The notes under the pieces were generated by a model, which was not told where the DNA came from, searched no databases, and worked only from the letters and a program-made list of their open reading frames with translations. Shown here one piece after another: positions 27,101 to 42,300 of a DNA stretch of 64,000 nucleotides. Within the stretch, counting starts at the first letter, position 1; every line of letters starts with the position of its first letter. Position numbers and translations under genes: made by a program. The stretch comes from the human T2T-CHM13v2.0 reference genome, Homo sapiens: assembly GCF_009914755.1 (NCBI RefSeq), contig NC_060940.1. One strand, given 5' to 3'.

Positions 27101-30100
27101 ATTCTATTCAATTCAATTCTTTGATTCCATTCCATTCCATTCGACAATGATTCCATTCGATTTCTTTCGATGATTCCACTCGATTCCACTTGACATTGAT
27201 TCCATTCGATTCCATTCAATGATTCCGTTTGATTCCAGTGGATGATGATTGCCATCGATTCCATTCGATCACTCCATTCTATTCCATTTGATGATGATTA
27301 CATTCGATTCCATTTGATGATTCCATCTGATTCTATTCGAGGATTCCATTTGATTCCATTCGATGATGATTCCATTTGAGTCCATTCGATGATTTCATTC
27401 GAGTACATCCAATGATTCCATTCGAGTCCATTTGATGATTCCATTTGATTCCATTTGATTATGATTCTACTAGAGTCCATTCAATGACTCCATTCGAATC
27501 CATTCAACAATTCCATTCGAGTCCATTCGAAGATTCCATTTCATGATTCCATTCGAGTCCACTTAATCATTACAGTCGAGTCCGTTTGGTGATTCCACTG
27601 GATTTCTTTTGATAATGATACCATTCCATTACATTTGATGATGATCCCATTCAATTTCATTTGATGATGATTCCATTAGAGTCCATTCAATGATTTCATT
27701 CGAGTCCCTTCATTGATTCCATACGATTTCATTGGATGATGACTCCATTCGAGTCCATTCGATGATTCCACTCGATTCCATTAGATGATTCCATTGGAGT
27801 CCATTTGATTGTTCCATTCGATTCCATTCAATTCCTTTCGAAGATTATTCCATTTGAGTCCATTCGACGATGATTCCATTCCATTCCATTCGATGATTCC
27901 GTTTGATTCCATTCGATGATTCCCTTTGATTCCTTTCTATGATGATTCCATTCCATTCCATTCAATGATTCCATTCGAATCTATTCCATGATGATTCCTT
28001 TCGATTCCATTCGCTGATGTTTCCGTTCAATTCCATTCGATGATGATTCCATTCGATTCCATTCATTGAGGATTCCATTGGATTCCATTCAATGATGATT
28101 CCATTCTATTCCATTCAATGATTGCATTCAATTCCATTCAATGATTATCCCCTTAGAGTAAACTCAACGATTCCATTCAATACCATTCGATGATGATTCC
28201 TTTTGAGTCCATTCAATGATTTCATTCAAGTCCATTTGATGATTCCTTTCAATTCCATTCTATGATGATTCCATTCGAGTCCATTCGATGATTCCATTCG
28301 ATTGCATTCGATGATTCCCTTATATTCCATTCAACGATGATTCCATTCGAGTCCATTCGATGATTCCATTAGAGTACATTTAATGATTGCTTTGTTTTCA
28401 ATTCGAAGATGATTACATTGGATTCCATTCTTTGATACCATTCGATTCCATTCAATGATGATTCCACTCAAATCCATTGGATGATTCCATTCGTGTCCAT
28501 TCGGTGATTTCATTAGATTCTATTCGAGGATGATTCCATTCGATGATTCCATTCAATTCCATTCGATGATGATTCCATTCCAGTCCATATGATCATTCCA
28601 TTTGATTTCATTCGATGATGATTCCATTCGATTCCATTCGACGATTCCATTCTATTCCATTCGAGGATGATTCCATTCGAGTCCATTCGATCATTCCATT
28701 CGAGTCCATTTAATGATTCCATTGGGTTCAATTTAATGATGATTACATTGGATTCCGTTCTATGATTCCATTCAATTCCGTTCATTGACAATTTGATTCC
28801 ATTCGATGATGATTCCATTTGAGTTCATTCGATGATTCTATTCGATTCTCTTCGATGGTGATTCAATTCTATTATATTGGATGATTCCATTCGATTCCAT
28901 TTGATGTTGATTCAATTCGATTCTATTCGATGATGATTCCATTGGATTTCACTTGATGATTCTATTCGATTCCATTCAATGATGATTCACTTCTCGTCCA
29001 TTGGATGATTCCATTTCATTCCATTCGATGATGATTCCATTCGATTCCATTCGATGATTCCATTTGATTCCATGCGACGGTGAGCAATTCGATTCAATTC
29101 CATGATGATTCTATTTGATTCAATTAGATGATGTTTCCATTCGAATCCATTCCATGATTATTCCATTGGAATCCATTCGGCGATGATTCCATATGAGTCA
29201 ATTCAATGATGATTCCTTATGGGTCCGTTCGATGATAATTCCATTTGATTTCATTCGATGCTTCTATTCTATTCCAGTCGATGATGATTCCGTTGGAGTC
29301 CATACGATGATTCCATTTGATTTCATTTCATGATGATTCCATTCGATGACGATTACATTGGATTCCATTCTATGATTCCATTCAATTCCATTCGTTGATG
29401 ATTCGATTCCATTCAATGATGATTCCATTTGAGTTCATTCGATGATTCTATTCGATTCCATTCTATGGTGATTCAATTCCCTTATATTGGATGATTCGAC
29501 TCGATTCCATTGGATGATTATTCCATTGGAGTCCACTTAGTGAATCCTTTAGATTCTACTCGACGATGATTCCATTCGAGTCCATTCGATGATACCATTC
29601 AATTCCATTCGCTGATGCTTCCATTCAAGTGCATTCGATGATATCATTTGATTCCATTTGATGATAATTCCATTTGATTCCATGCGATGATTCTATTCGA
29701 TTCCATTCAATGATAATTCCATTCATTTCAGTGATTCCTCTGGACTCCATTTGATGATGATTCCATTCAATGATTCCATTCGATTCTATTCGAAAATGAT
29801 TCCATTTGAATCCATTTGATGATGATTCCATTAGATTCCATTTGATGATTCCATTCGATTCCATTTGACGATGATTCCATTCGATTCCGTTTGATGATTC
29901 CATTCTATTCTATTCGATGATGATTCCATTCGATTCCATTCGATGATGATTGGATTCGATTCCATTTGATGATTTCATTTGATTCCATTCGTTAATGATT
30001 TCGATCAATTCCATTCGATGATTCCATTCGATTCCATTCGATAATGATTACATCCGATTCCATTCGATGATTCCATTTGAGCCTGTTCGATAATTCCATT

Positions 30101-30166
30101 TGAGTCCAACCAATGATTCCATTCATTTCCATTCAATGATTCCATTCGAGTCCATTTGATCATTCC
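24147..30166 (+). repeat. 6020-bp chimeric unit (unit 5), copy of unit 2 up to ~29648
   Basis: Same indels and alternative module (25769-26649) at offset +17674. Confidence 0.9.
29116..29126 (-). promoter_or_regulatory. Putative DUX4 binding motif TAATTGAATCA
   Basis: Homologous intact copy. Confidence 0.6.
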
Positions 30167-33100
30167 GGTAGGGTACATTCGATGTTGATTCCATTGGAGT
30201 GCATTCGATGATTCCATTCGAGTCCATTTTAGGATTTGATTCGAGTCCTTTCGATGATTCCATTCGATTCCACTCGATGATGATTTCATTCGAGTCCATT
30301 CGACACTTCCAATCGATTCCATTTGATGATTCCATTCGAGTCCAATTGATGATTCCATTCAATTCCATTCGATGATGATTCCGTACGATTCCATTCTGTG
30401 ATGATTCCATGTGATTGCATTCAATGATGATTCCTTTCGATTGCATTCGATTATGATTCATTTCGTGTTCATTCTATGGTTCCACAGGTTTCCATTTGTG
30501 TCCATTCCATTATTCCATTCTATTCCATTTGATGATGATTCCATTCGATTCCATTCATTGGTGATTCCACTCAATTCCATTCAATGATTCCATTCCATTT
30601 CTTTCAACAATGATTCCATTAGTTTCTAATCGATGATCCACTTGATTCCATTTGACGACGATTCCATTCTTGTCCATTCGATGATTCCATTTGATTCCAT
30701 ATGATGATGATTCCATTCGATTCCATACCATGATGATTCCATTCGAGTCCATTCAATGGTGATTCCATTCAATTCCATTCGATGATTCCTTTTGATTCCA
30801 TTCGATGATGATGGCATTCGATTCCTTTCAATCATTCCCTTTGATTCCATTCAAAGGTGATTTCATTCAAGTCCATTCGATAATTGCATTCGATTCCATT
30901 CTATGATGATTCCATTCGAGTCCATTTGATGATTCCATTCAATTCAAGTCAATGATGATTCCATTCGATTCCATTCGATGATTCCACTCGATTCCATTAG
31001 ATGATTCCATTGGAGTCCATTTGATTGTACCATTCGATTCCATTCGATTCCTTTCGAAGATTATTCCATTTGAGTCCATTCGATGATGATCCCATTCCAT
31101 TCCATTCGATGATTCCGTTTGATTCCATTCGATGATTCCCTTCGATTCCTTTCTGTGATGATTCCATTCCATTCCATTCAATGATTCCATTCGAATCTAT
31201 TCCATGATGATTCCTTTCGATTCCATTCGCTGATGTTTCCGTTCAATTCCATTCGATGATGATTCCATTCGATTCCATTCATGGAGGATTCCATTTGATT
31301 CCATTCAATGATGATTCCATTCTATTCCATTCAATGATTGCATTCAATTCCATTCAATGATTATCCCCTTAGAGTAAACTCAACGATTCCATTCAATACC
31401 ATTCGATGATGATTCCTTTTGAGTCCATTCAATGATTTCATTCAAGTCCATTTGATGATTCCTTTCAATTCCATTCTATGATGATTCCATTCGAGTCCAT
31501 TCGATGATTCCATTCGATTGCATTCGATGATTCCATTATATTCCATTCAACGGTGATTCCATTCGAGTCCATTCCATGATTCCATTAGAGTACATTTAAT
31601 GATTGCTTTGTTTTCAATTCGAAGATGATTACATTGGATTCCATTCTATGATACCATTCGATTCCATTCAATGATGATTCCACTCAAATCCATTGGATGA
31701 TTCCATTCGTGTCCATTCGGTGATTTCATTAGATTCCATTCGAGGATGATTCCATTCGATTCCATTCGATGATTCCATTCAATTCCATTCGATGATGATT
31801 CCATTCCAGTCCATATGATCATTCCATTTGATTTCATTCGATGATGATTCCATTCGATTCCATTCGATGATTCCATTCTATTCCATTCGATGATGATTCC
31901 ATTCGAGTCCATTCGATGATTCCATTCGAGTCCATTTAATGATTCCATTGGGTTCAATTCAATGATGATTACATTGGATTTCGTTCTATGATTCCATTCA
32001 ATTCCGTTCATTGACAATTTGATTCCATTCGATGATGATTCCATTTGAGTTCATTCGATGATTCTATTCGATTCTCTTCGATGGTGATTCAATTCTATTA
32101 TATTGGATGATTCCATTCGATTCCATTTGATGTTGATTCAATTCGATTCTATTCGATGATGATTCCATTGGATTTCACTTGATGATTCTATTCGATTCCA
32201 TTCAATGATGATTCACTTCTCGTCCATTGGATGATTCCATTTCATTCCATTCGATGATGATTCCATTCGATTCCATTCGATGATTCCATTTGATTCCATG
32301 CGACGGTGAGCAATTCGATTCAATTCCATGATGATTCTATTTGATTCAATTAGATGATGTTTCCATTCGAATCCATTCCATGATTATTCCATTGGAATCC
32401 ATTCGGCGATGATTCCATATGAGTCAATTCAATGATGATTCCATATGGGTCCGTTCGATGATAATTCCATTTGATTTCATTCGATGCTTCTATTCTATTC
32501 CAGTCGATGATGATTCCGTTGGAGTCCATACGATGATTCCATTTGATTTCATTTGATGATGATTCCATTCGATGACGATTACATTGGATTCCATTCTATG
32601 ATTCCATTCAATTCCATTCGTTGATGATTCGATTCCATTCAATGATGATTCCATTTGAGTTCATTCGATGATTCTATTCGATTCCGTTCGATGGTGATTC
32701 AATTCTATTATATTGGATGATTCCACTCGATTCCATTTGATGATTATTCCATTGGAGTCCACTTAGTGAATCCTTTAGATTCTACTCGACGATGATTCCA
32801 TTCGAGTCCATTCGATGATACCATTCAATTCCATTCGTTGATGCTTCCATTCAAGTGCATTCGATGATATCATTCGATTCCATTTGATGATAATTCCATT
32901 TGATTCCATGCGATGATTCTATTCGATTCCATTCAATGATAATTCCATTCAATTCAGTGATTCCTCTGGACTCCATTTGATGATGATTCCATTCAATGAT
33001 TCCATTCGATTCTATTCGAAAATGATTCCATTTGAATCCATTTGATGATGATTCCATTGGATTCCATTTGATGATTCCATTCGATTCCATTCGACGATGA

Positions 33101-33392
33101 TTCCATTCGATTCCATTGGATGATTCCATTCTATTCTATTCGATGATGATTCCATTCGATTCCATTCGATGATGATTGGATTCGATTCCATTTGATGATT
33201 TCATTTGATTCCATTCGTTAATGATTTCGATCAATTCCATTCAATGATTCCATTCGATTCCATTCGATAATGATTACATCCGAGTCCATTCGATGATTCC
33301 CTTTGAGCCTGTTCGATAATTCCATTTGAGTCCAACCAATGATTCCATTCATTTCCATTCAATGATTCCATTCGAGTCCATTTGATCATTCC
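30167..33392 (+). repeat. 3226-bp truncated unit (unit 6) with a 2886-bp deletion
   Basis: Landmark spacing 3226; junction at 30970-30986 joins canonical 1164-1180 to 4050-4066. Confidence 0.92.
32342..32352 (-). promoter_or_regulatory. Putative DUX4 binding motif TAATTGAATCA
   Basis: Homologous intact copy, retained in the truncated 3226-bp unit. Confidence 0.6.
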
Positions 33393-36300
33393 GGTAGGGT
33401 CCATTCGATGTTGATTCCATTGGAGTGCATTCGATGATTCCATTCGAGTCCATTTTAGGATTTGATTCGAGTCCTTTCGATGATTCCATTCGATTCCACT
33501 CGATGATGATTTCATTCGAGTCCATTCGACACTTCCAATCGATTCCATTTGATGATTCCATTCGAGTCCAATTGATGATTCCATTCAATTCCATTCGATG
33601 ATGATTCCGTACGATTCCATTCTGTGATGATTCCATGTGATTGCATTCAATGATGATTCCTTTCGATTGCATTCGATTATGATTCATTTCGTGTTCATTC
33701 TATGGTTCCACAGGTTTCCATTCGTGTCCATTCCATTATTCCATTCTATTCCATTTGATGATGATTCCATTCGATTCCATTCATTGGTGATTCCACTCAA
33801 TTCCATTCAATGATTCCATTCCATTTCTTTCAACAATGATTCCATTAGTTTCTAATCGATGATCCACTTGATTCCATTTGACGACGATTCCATTCTTGTC
33901 CATTCGATGATTCCATTTGATTCCATATGATGATGATTCCATTCGATTCCATACCATGATGATTCCATTCGAGTCCATTCAATGGTGATTCCATTCAATT
34001 CCATTCGATGATTCCTTTTGATTCCATTCGATGATGATGGCATTCGATTCCTTTCAATCATTCCCTTTGATTCCATTCAAAGGTGATTTCATTCAAGTCC
34101 ATTCGATAATTGCATTCGATTCCATTCTATGATGATTCCATTCGAGTCCATTTGATGATTCCATTCAATTCAAGTCAATGATGATTCCATTCGATTCCAT
34201 TCGATGATTCCATTGGATTCCATTCGATGATGATTCCATTCAAATCCATTCGATAATTCAATTCAAGTCCATTCGATGATGATTCCAATCGAATCCATTC
34301 AAAGATTCCATTCAGTTCCATTCGATGATTCCCTTAGATTCCATTCGATGATTCCACTTGATTGCATTTACGATGATTCCATTCGATTCCATGTGATGAT
34401 TCCATTCAATTCTATTCAATGATGTCTCCATTTGATTCCATTCGACCATGATTGCCTTTGATTCCATTCAATGATTCCATTCGGTTCCGTTTGATGATGA
34501 TTCCGTTCGATTCCATTTGATGATTCCATTTGATTCCATTGGATGAGTCCATTCGATTACATTCGATGATTATTCCATTCGAGTGCATTAGATGATTCCA
34601 TTCGAGTCCATTCGATGATTCCATTCGATTCCATTCGATGTTGATTCTGTTCAAATCCATTCGATGATTCCACTCGATTCCATTCGTTGACTCCATTTGA
34701 TCCCATTCGATGATTTCCTTTGATTCCCTTTGATGATCATTCCATTTGATTCAATTCGGTGATTTCATTTGATTCCATTCAGTGATGTTTCCATTCGACT
34801 CCATTCGATGATGATTCCATTCGACTCCATTCGATTATGATTTCATTCAATTCCATTCGATAATGATTCCCTTCGAGTCCATTCGATGATTCCATTCGAT
34901 TCCATTCAACGATGATTTGATTCGTGTCCATTCGATGATTCCATTTGATTCCACTTGATGATGATTCCATTCGAGTCCATTTGATGATTCCATTCAATTC
35001 CATACTCCGATGATTTCTTTTGAGCCCACTCAATGCTTCCACTCGATTCCATATGATGATGACTCCATTCGATGAAATTCGATGATGACTCCATTCGCTT
35101 GCTTTCGATGATGATTCCACTTGAGTCCGTTAGAAGATTCTATTCAATTACATTCCATGACGATTCCGTTCGAGTCCATTTGATGATTCCATTAGACTCC
35201 ATTCGACGATGATTCCATTCGATGTTATTCGATGATTCCATTCGATCTCATTCGATGATGATTCCATTCAACTCCATTCGATGTTTCCATTCGAGTTCAT
35301 TCTATTATTCCATTAGATTCCATTCGATGATGATTCCATTCGATTCCATTTGATGATTGCATTCTATTTCATTTGATGATGATTCCATTCGAGTCCACTC
35401 GATGATTCCATTCGAGTCCATTTAATGAATCCATTGGTTTCAATTCTATGATGATTACATTGGATTCCATTCGTTGATGATTTCATTCGGTTCCATTCAA
35501 TGATGATTCCATTCAATTCCTTTCAATGTTTCCATTCAATTCCATACGATGATGATTCCATTTGATTTGATTCGACAGTGAGACATTCGATTCAATTCCA
35601 TGACGATTCTATTTGATTCAATTGGTTGACATTTCCATTCGATTCCATTCGATGATGATTCCCTTTGATTCCGTTCAAAGATGATTCCATTCTAGCCCAT
35701 TCAATCATTCCATTCGATTCTATTCAATGATGATTCCATTCATGTCGATTTGGTGATTCCATTTGACTTCATTTGATGATGATTCCTTTCAAGTTCATTA
35801 GATGATTCCATTCGATTCCATTTGATGATGATCCCATTCGAGTCCATTCAGTGATTCCATTCGTTTCCATTCCATGATGATTCCATTCCTTTCCATTCAA
35901 TGATTCCATTCGATTCCGTTTGATGATGATTTCATTCGAGTCCATTTGATGATTCCATTTGATTCCATTCGATGATGATTCCATTCGAGTCCATTCGATG
36001 ATTCTATTCGAATCCATTTGATGATTTCTTTTGATTATATTTGGTGATGATTCCATTGGAGTCCATTCAATGATTCCATTCTATTCCAATCGATGATGAT
36101 TCCATTAGAGTCCATTTAATGATTCCATTTGATTCCAGTCTCTGATGATTACATTCGAGTCCATACGATGATTCCACTCAATTCCATATGATGATGATTC
36201 CATTTGATTCCATTCGGTGATTCCGTTCTATTCTATTCAATGGTGATTCCATTCGAGTACATTAGATGATTCCATTCGATTCCATTCAATGATGATTCTA

Positions 36301-39300
36301 TTTGTGTCCCTTAGATGATTCCACATGATTCCATTAGATGATGATACTATTTGAGCCCATCCAATGATTCCCTTCGATTCCATTCGATGAGGATTCCATT
36401 CGATTCAATTCATTGGTGATTCTATTCAATTCAATTCTTTGATTCCATTCCATTCCATTCGACAATGATTCCATTCGATTTCTTTCGATGATTCCACTCG
36501 ATTCCACTTGACATTGATTCCATTCGATTCCATTCAATGATTCCATTTGATTCCAGTGGATGATGATTGCCATCGATTCCATTCGATCACTCCATTCTAT
36601 TCCATTTGATGATGATTACATTCGATTCCATTTGATGATTCCATCTGATTCTATTCGAGGATTCCATTTGATTCCATTCGATGATGATTCCATTCGAGTC
36701 CATTCGATGATTTCATTCGAGTACATCCAATGATTCCATTCGAGTCCATTAGATGATTCCATTTGATTCCATTTGAAAATGATTCTACTAGAGTCCATTC
36801 AATGACTCCATTCGAGTCCATTCAACAATTCCATTCGACTCCATTCGATGATTCCATTCGATTCCATTTGATGGTTCCATTCGAGTCCATTTAATCATTA
36901 CAGTCGAGTCCGTTTGGTGATTCCACTGGATTTCTTTTGATAATGATACCATTCAATTACATTTGATGATGATCCCATTCAATTTCATTTGATGATGATT
37001 CCATTAGAGTCCATTCGATGATTTCATTCGAGTCCCTTCATTGATTCCATCCGATTTCATTGGATGATGACTCCATTCGAGTCCATTCGATGATTCCACT
37101 CGATTCCATTAGATGACTCCATTGGAGTCCATTTGATTGTTCCATTCGATTCCATTCGATTCCTTTCGAAGATTATTCCATTTGAGTCCATTCGATGATG
37201 ATTCCATTCCATTCCATTCGATGATTCCGTTTGATTCCATTCGATGATTCCCTTCGATTCCTTTCTTTGATGATTCCATTCCATTCCATTCAATGATTCC
37301 ATTCGAATCTATTGCATGATGATTCCTTTCGATTCCATTCGCTGATGTTTCCATTCAATTCCATTCGATGATGATTCCATTCGATTCCATTCATTGAGGA
37401 TTCCATTTGATTCCATTCAATGATGATTCCATTCTATTCCATTCAATGATTGCATTCAATTCCATTCAATGATTATCCCATTAGAGTAAACTCAACGATT
37501 CCATTCAATACCATTCGATGATGATTCCTTTTGAGTCCATTCAATGATTTCATTCAAGTCCATTTGATGATTCCTTTCAATTCCATTCTATGATGATTCC
37601 ATTCGAGTCCATTCGATGATTCCATTCGATTGCATTCGATGATTCCATTATATTCCATTCAACGGTGATTCCATTCGAGTCCATTCCATGATTCCATTAG
37701 AGTACATTTAATGATTGCTTTGTTTTCAATTCGAAGATGATTACATTGGATTCCATTCTATGATACCATTCGATTCCATTCAATGATGATTCCACTCAAA
37801 TCCATTGGATGATTCCATTCGTGTCCATTCGGTGATTTCATTAGATTCCATTCGAGGATGATTCCATTCGATTCCATTCGATGATTCCATTCAATTCCAT
37901 TCGATGATGATTCCATTCCAGTCCATATGATCATTCCATTTGATTTCATTCGATGATGATTCCATTCGATTCGATTCGACGATTCCATTCTATTCCATTC
38001 GATGATGATTCCATTCGAGTCCATTCGATGATTCCATTCGAGTCCATTTAATGATTCCATTGGGTTCAATTTAATGATGATTACATTGGATTCCGTTCTA
38101 TGATTCCATTCAATTCCGTTCATTGACAATTTGATTCCATTCGATGATGATTCCATTTGAGTTCATTCGATGATTCTATTCGATTCTCTTCGATGGTGAT
38201 TCAATTCTATTATATTGGATGATTCCATTCGATTCCATTTGATGTTGATTCAATTCGATTCTATTCGATGATGATTCCATTGGATTTCACTTGATGATTC
38301 TATTCGATTCCATTCAATGATGATTCACTTCTCGTCCATTGGATGATTCCATTTCATTCCATTCGATGATGATTCCATTCGATTCCATTCGATGATTCCA
38401 TTTGATTCCATTCGACGGTGACCAATTCGATTCAATTCCATGATGATTCTATTTGGTTCAATTAGATGATGTTTCCATTCGAATCCATTCCATGATTATT
38501 CCATTGGAATCCATTCGGCGATGATTCCATATGAGTCAATTCAATGATGATTCCATATGGGTCCGTTCGATGATAATTCCATTTGATTTCATTCGGTGCT
38601 TCTATTCTATTCCAGTCGATGATGATTCCGTTGGAGTCCATACGATGATTCCATTTGATTTCATTTGATGATGGTTCCATTCGATGATGATTACATTGGA
38701 TTCCATTCTATGATTCCATTCAATTCCATTCGTTGATGATTCGATTCCATTCAATGATGATTCCATTTGAGTTCATTCGATGATTCTATTCGATTCCGTT
38801 CGATGGTGATTCAATTCTATTATATTGGATGATTCCACTCGATTCCATTTGATGATTATTCCATTGGAGTCCACTTAGTGAATCCTTTAGATTCTACTCG
38901 ACGATGATTCCATTCGAGTCCATTCGATGATACCATTCAATTCCATTCGTTGATGCTTCCATTCAAGTGCATTCGATGATATCATTCGATTCCATTTGAT
39001 GATAATTCCATTTGATTCCATGCGATGATTCTATTCGATTCCATTCAATGATAATTCCATTCAATTCAGTGATTCCTCTGGACTCCATTTGATGATGATT
39101 CCATTCAATGATTCCATTCGATTCTATTCGAAAATGATTCCATTTGAATCCATTTGATGATGATTCCATTAGATTCCATTTGATGATTCCATTCGATTCC
39201 ATTCGACGATGATTCCATTCGATTCCGTTTGATGATTCCATTCTATTCTATTCGATGATGATTCCATTCGATTCCATTCGATGATGATTGGATTCGATTC

Positions 39301-42300
39301 CATTTGATGATTTCATTTGATTCCATTCGTTAATGATTTCGATCAATTCCATTCGATGATTCCATTCGATTCCATTTGATAATGATTACATCCGAGTCCA
39401 TTCGATGATTCCCTTTGAGCCTGTTCGATAATTCCATTTGAGTCCAACCAATGATTCCATTCATTTCCATTCAATGATTCCATTCGAGTCCATTTGATCA
39501 TTCCGGTAGGGTCCATTCGATGTTGATTCCATTGGAGTGCATTCGATGATTCCATTCGAGTCCATTTTAGGATTTGATTCGAGTCCTTTCGATGATTCCA
39601 TTCGATTCCACTCGATGATGATTTCATTCGAGTCCATTCGACACTTCCAATCGATTCCATTTGATGATTCCATTCGAGTCCAATTGATGATTCCATTCAA
39701 TTCCATTCGATGATGATTCCGTACGATTCCATTCTGTGATGATTCCATGTGATTGCATTCAATGATGATTCCTTTCGATTGTATTCGATTATGATTCATT
39801 TCGTGTTCATTCTATGGTTCCACAGGTTTCCATTCGTGTCCATTCCATTATTCCATTCTATTCCATTTGATGATGATTCCATTCGATTCCATTCATTGGT
39901 GATTCCACTCAATTCCATTCAATGATTCCATTCCATTTCTTTCAACAATGATTCCATTAGTTTCTAATCGATGATCCACTTGATTCCATTTGACGACGAT
40001 TCCATTCTTGTCCATTCGATGATTCCATTTGATTCCATATGATGATGATTCCATTCGATTCCATACCATGATGATTCCATTCGAGTCCATTCAATGGTGA
40101 TTCCATTCAATTCCATTCGATGATTCCTTTTGATTCCATTCGATGATGATGGCATTCGATTCCTTTCAATCATTCCCTTTGATTCCATTCAAAGGTGATT
40201 TCATTCAAGTCCATTCGATAATTGCATTCGATTCCATTCTATGATGATTCCATTCGAGTCCATTTGATGATTCCATTCAATTCAAGTCAATGATGATTCC
40301 ATTCGATTCCATTCGATGATTCCATTGGATTCCATTCGATGATGATTCCATTCAAATCCATTCGATAATTCAATTCAAGTCCATTCGATGATGATTCCAA
40401 TCGAATCCATTCAAAGATTCCATTCAGTTCCATTCGATGATTCCCTTAGATTCCATTCGATGATTCCACTTGATTGCATTTACGATGATTCCATTCGATT
40501 CCATGTGATGATTCCATTCAATTCTATTCAATGATGTCTCCATTTGATTCCATTCGACCATGATTGCCTTTGATTCCATTCAATGATTCCATTCGGTTCC
40601 GTTTGATGATGATTCCGTTCGATTCCATTTGATGATTCCATTTGATTCCATTGGATGAGTCCATTCGATTACATTCGATGATTATTCCATTCGAGTGCAT
40701 TAGATGATTCCATTCGAGTCCATTCGATGATTCCATTCGATTCCATTCGATGTTGATTCTGTTCAAATCCATTCGATGATTCCACTTGATTCCATTCGTT
40801 GACTCCATTTGATCCCATTCGATGATTTCCTTTGATTCCCTTTGATGATCATTCCATTTGATTCAATTCGGTGATTTCATTTGATTCCATTCAGTGATGT
40901 TTCCATTCGACTCCATTCGATGATGATTCCATTCGACTCCATTCGATTATGATTTCATTCAATTCCATTCGATAATGATTCCCTTCGAGTCCATTCGATG
41001 ATTCCATTCGATTCCATTCAACGATGATTTGATTCGTGTCCATTCGATGATTCCATTTGATTCCACTTGATGATGATTCCATTCGAGTCCATTTGATGAT
41101 TCCATTCAATTCCATACTCCGATGATTTCTTTTGAGCCCACTCAATGCTTCCACTCGATTCCATATGATGATGACTCCATTCGATGAAATTCGATGATGA
41201 TTCCATTCGCTTGCTTTCGATGATGATTCCACTTGAGTCCGTTAGAAGATTCTATTCAATTACATTCCATGACGATTCCGTTCGAGTCCATTTGATGATT
41301 CCATTAGACTCCATTCGACGATGATTCCATTCGATGTTATTCGATGATTCCATTCGATCTCATTCGATGATGATTCCATTCAACTCCATTCGATGTTTCC
41401 ATTCGAGTTCATTCTATTATTCCATTAGATTCCATTCGATGATGATTCCATTCGATTCCATTTGATGATTGCATTCTATTTCATTTGATGATGATTCCAT
41501 TCGAGTCCACTCGATGATTCCATTCGAGTCCATTTAATGAATCCATTGGTTTCAATTCTATGATGATTACATTGGATTCCATTCGTTGATGATTTCATTC
41601 GGTTCCATTCAATGATGATTCCATTCAATTCCTTTCAATGTTTCCATTCAATTCCATACGATGATGATTCCATTTGATTTGATTCGACAGTGAGCCATTC
41701 GATTCAATTCCATGACGATTCTATTTGATTCAATTGGTTGACATTTCCATTCGATTCCATTCGATGATGATTCCCTTTGATTCCGTTCAAAGATGATTCC
41801 ATTCTAGCCCATTCAATCATTCCATTCGATTCTATTCAATGATGATTCCATTCATGTCGATTTGGTGATTCCATTTGACTTCATTTGATGATGATTCCTT
41901 TCAAGTTCATTAGATGATTCCATTCGATTCCATTTGATGATGATCCCATTCGAGTCCATTCAGTGATTCCATTCGTTTCCATTCCATGATGATTCCATTC
42001 CTTTCCATTCAATGATTCCATTCGATTCCGTTTGATGATGATTTCATTCGAGTCCATTTGATGATTCCATTTGATTCCATTCGATGATGATTCCATTCGA
42101 GTCCATTCGATGATTCTATTCGAATCCATTTGATGATTTCCTTTAATTATATTTGGTGATGATTCCATTGGAGTCCATTCAATGATTCCATTCTATTCCA
42201 ATCGATGATGATTCCATTAGAGTCCATTTAATGATTCCATTTGATTCCAGTCTCTGATGATTACATTCGAGTCCATACGATGATTCCACTCAATTCCATA

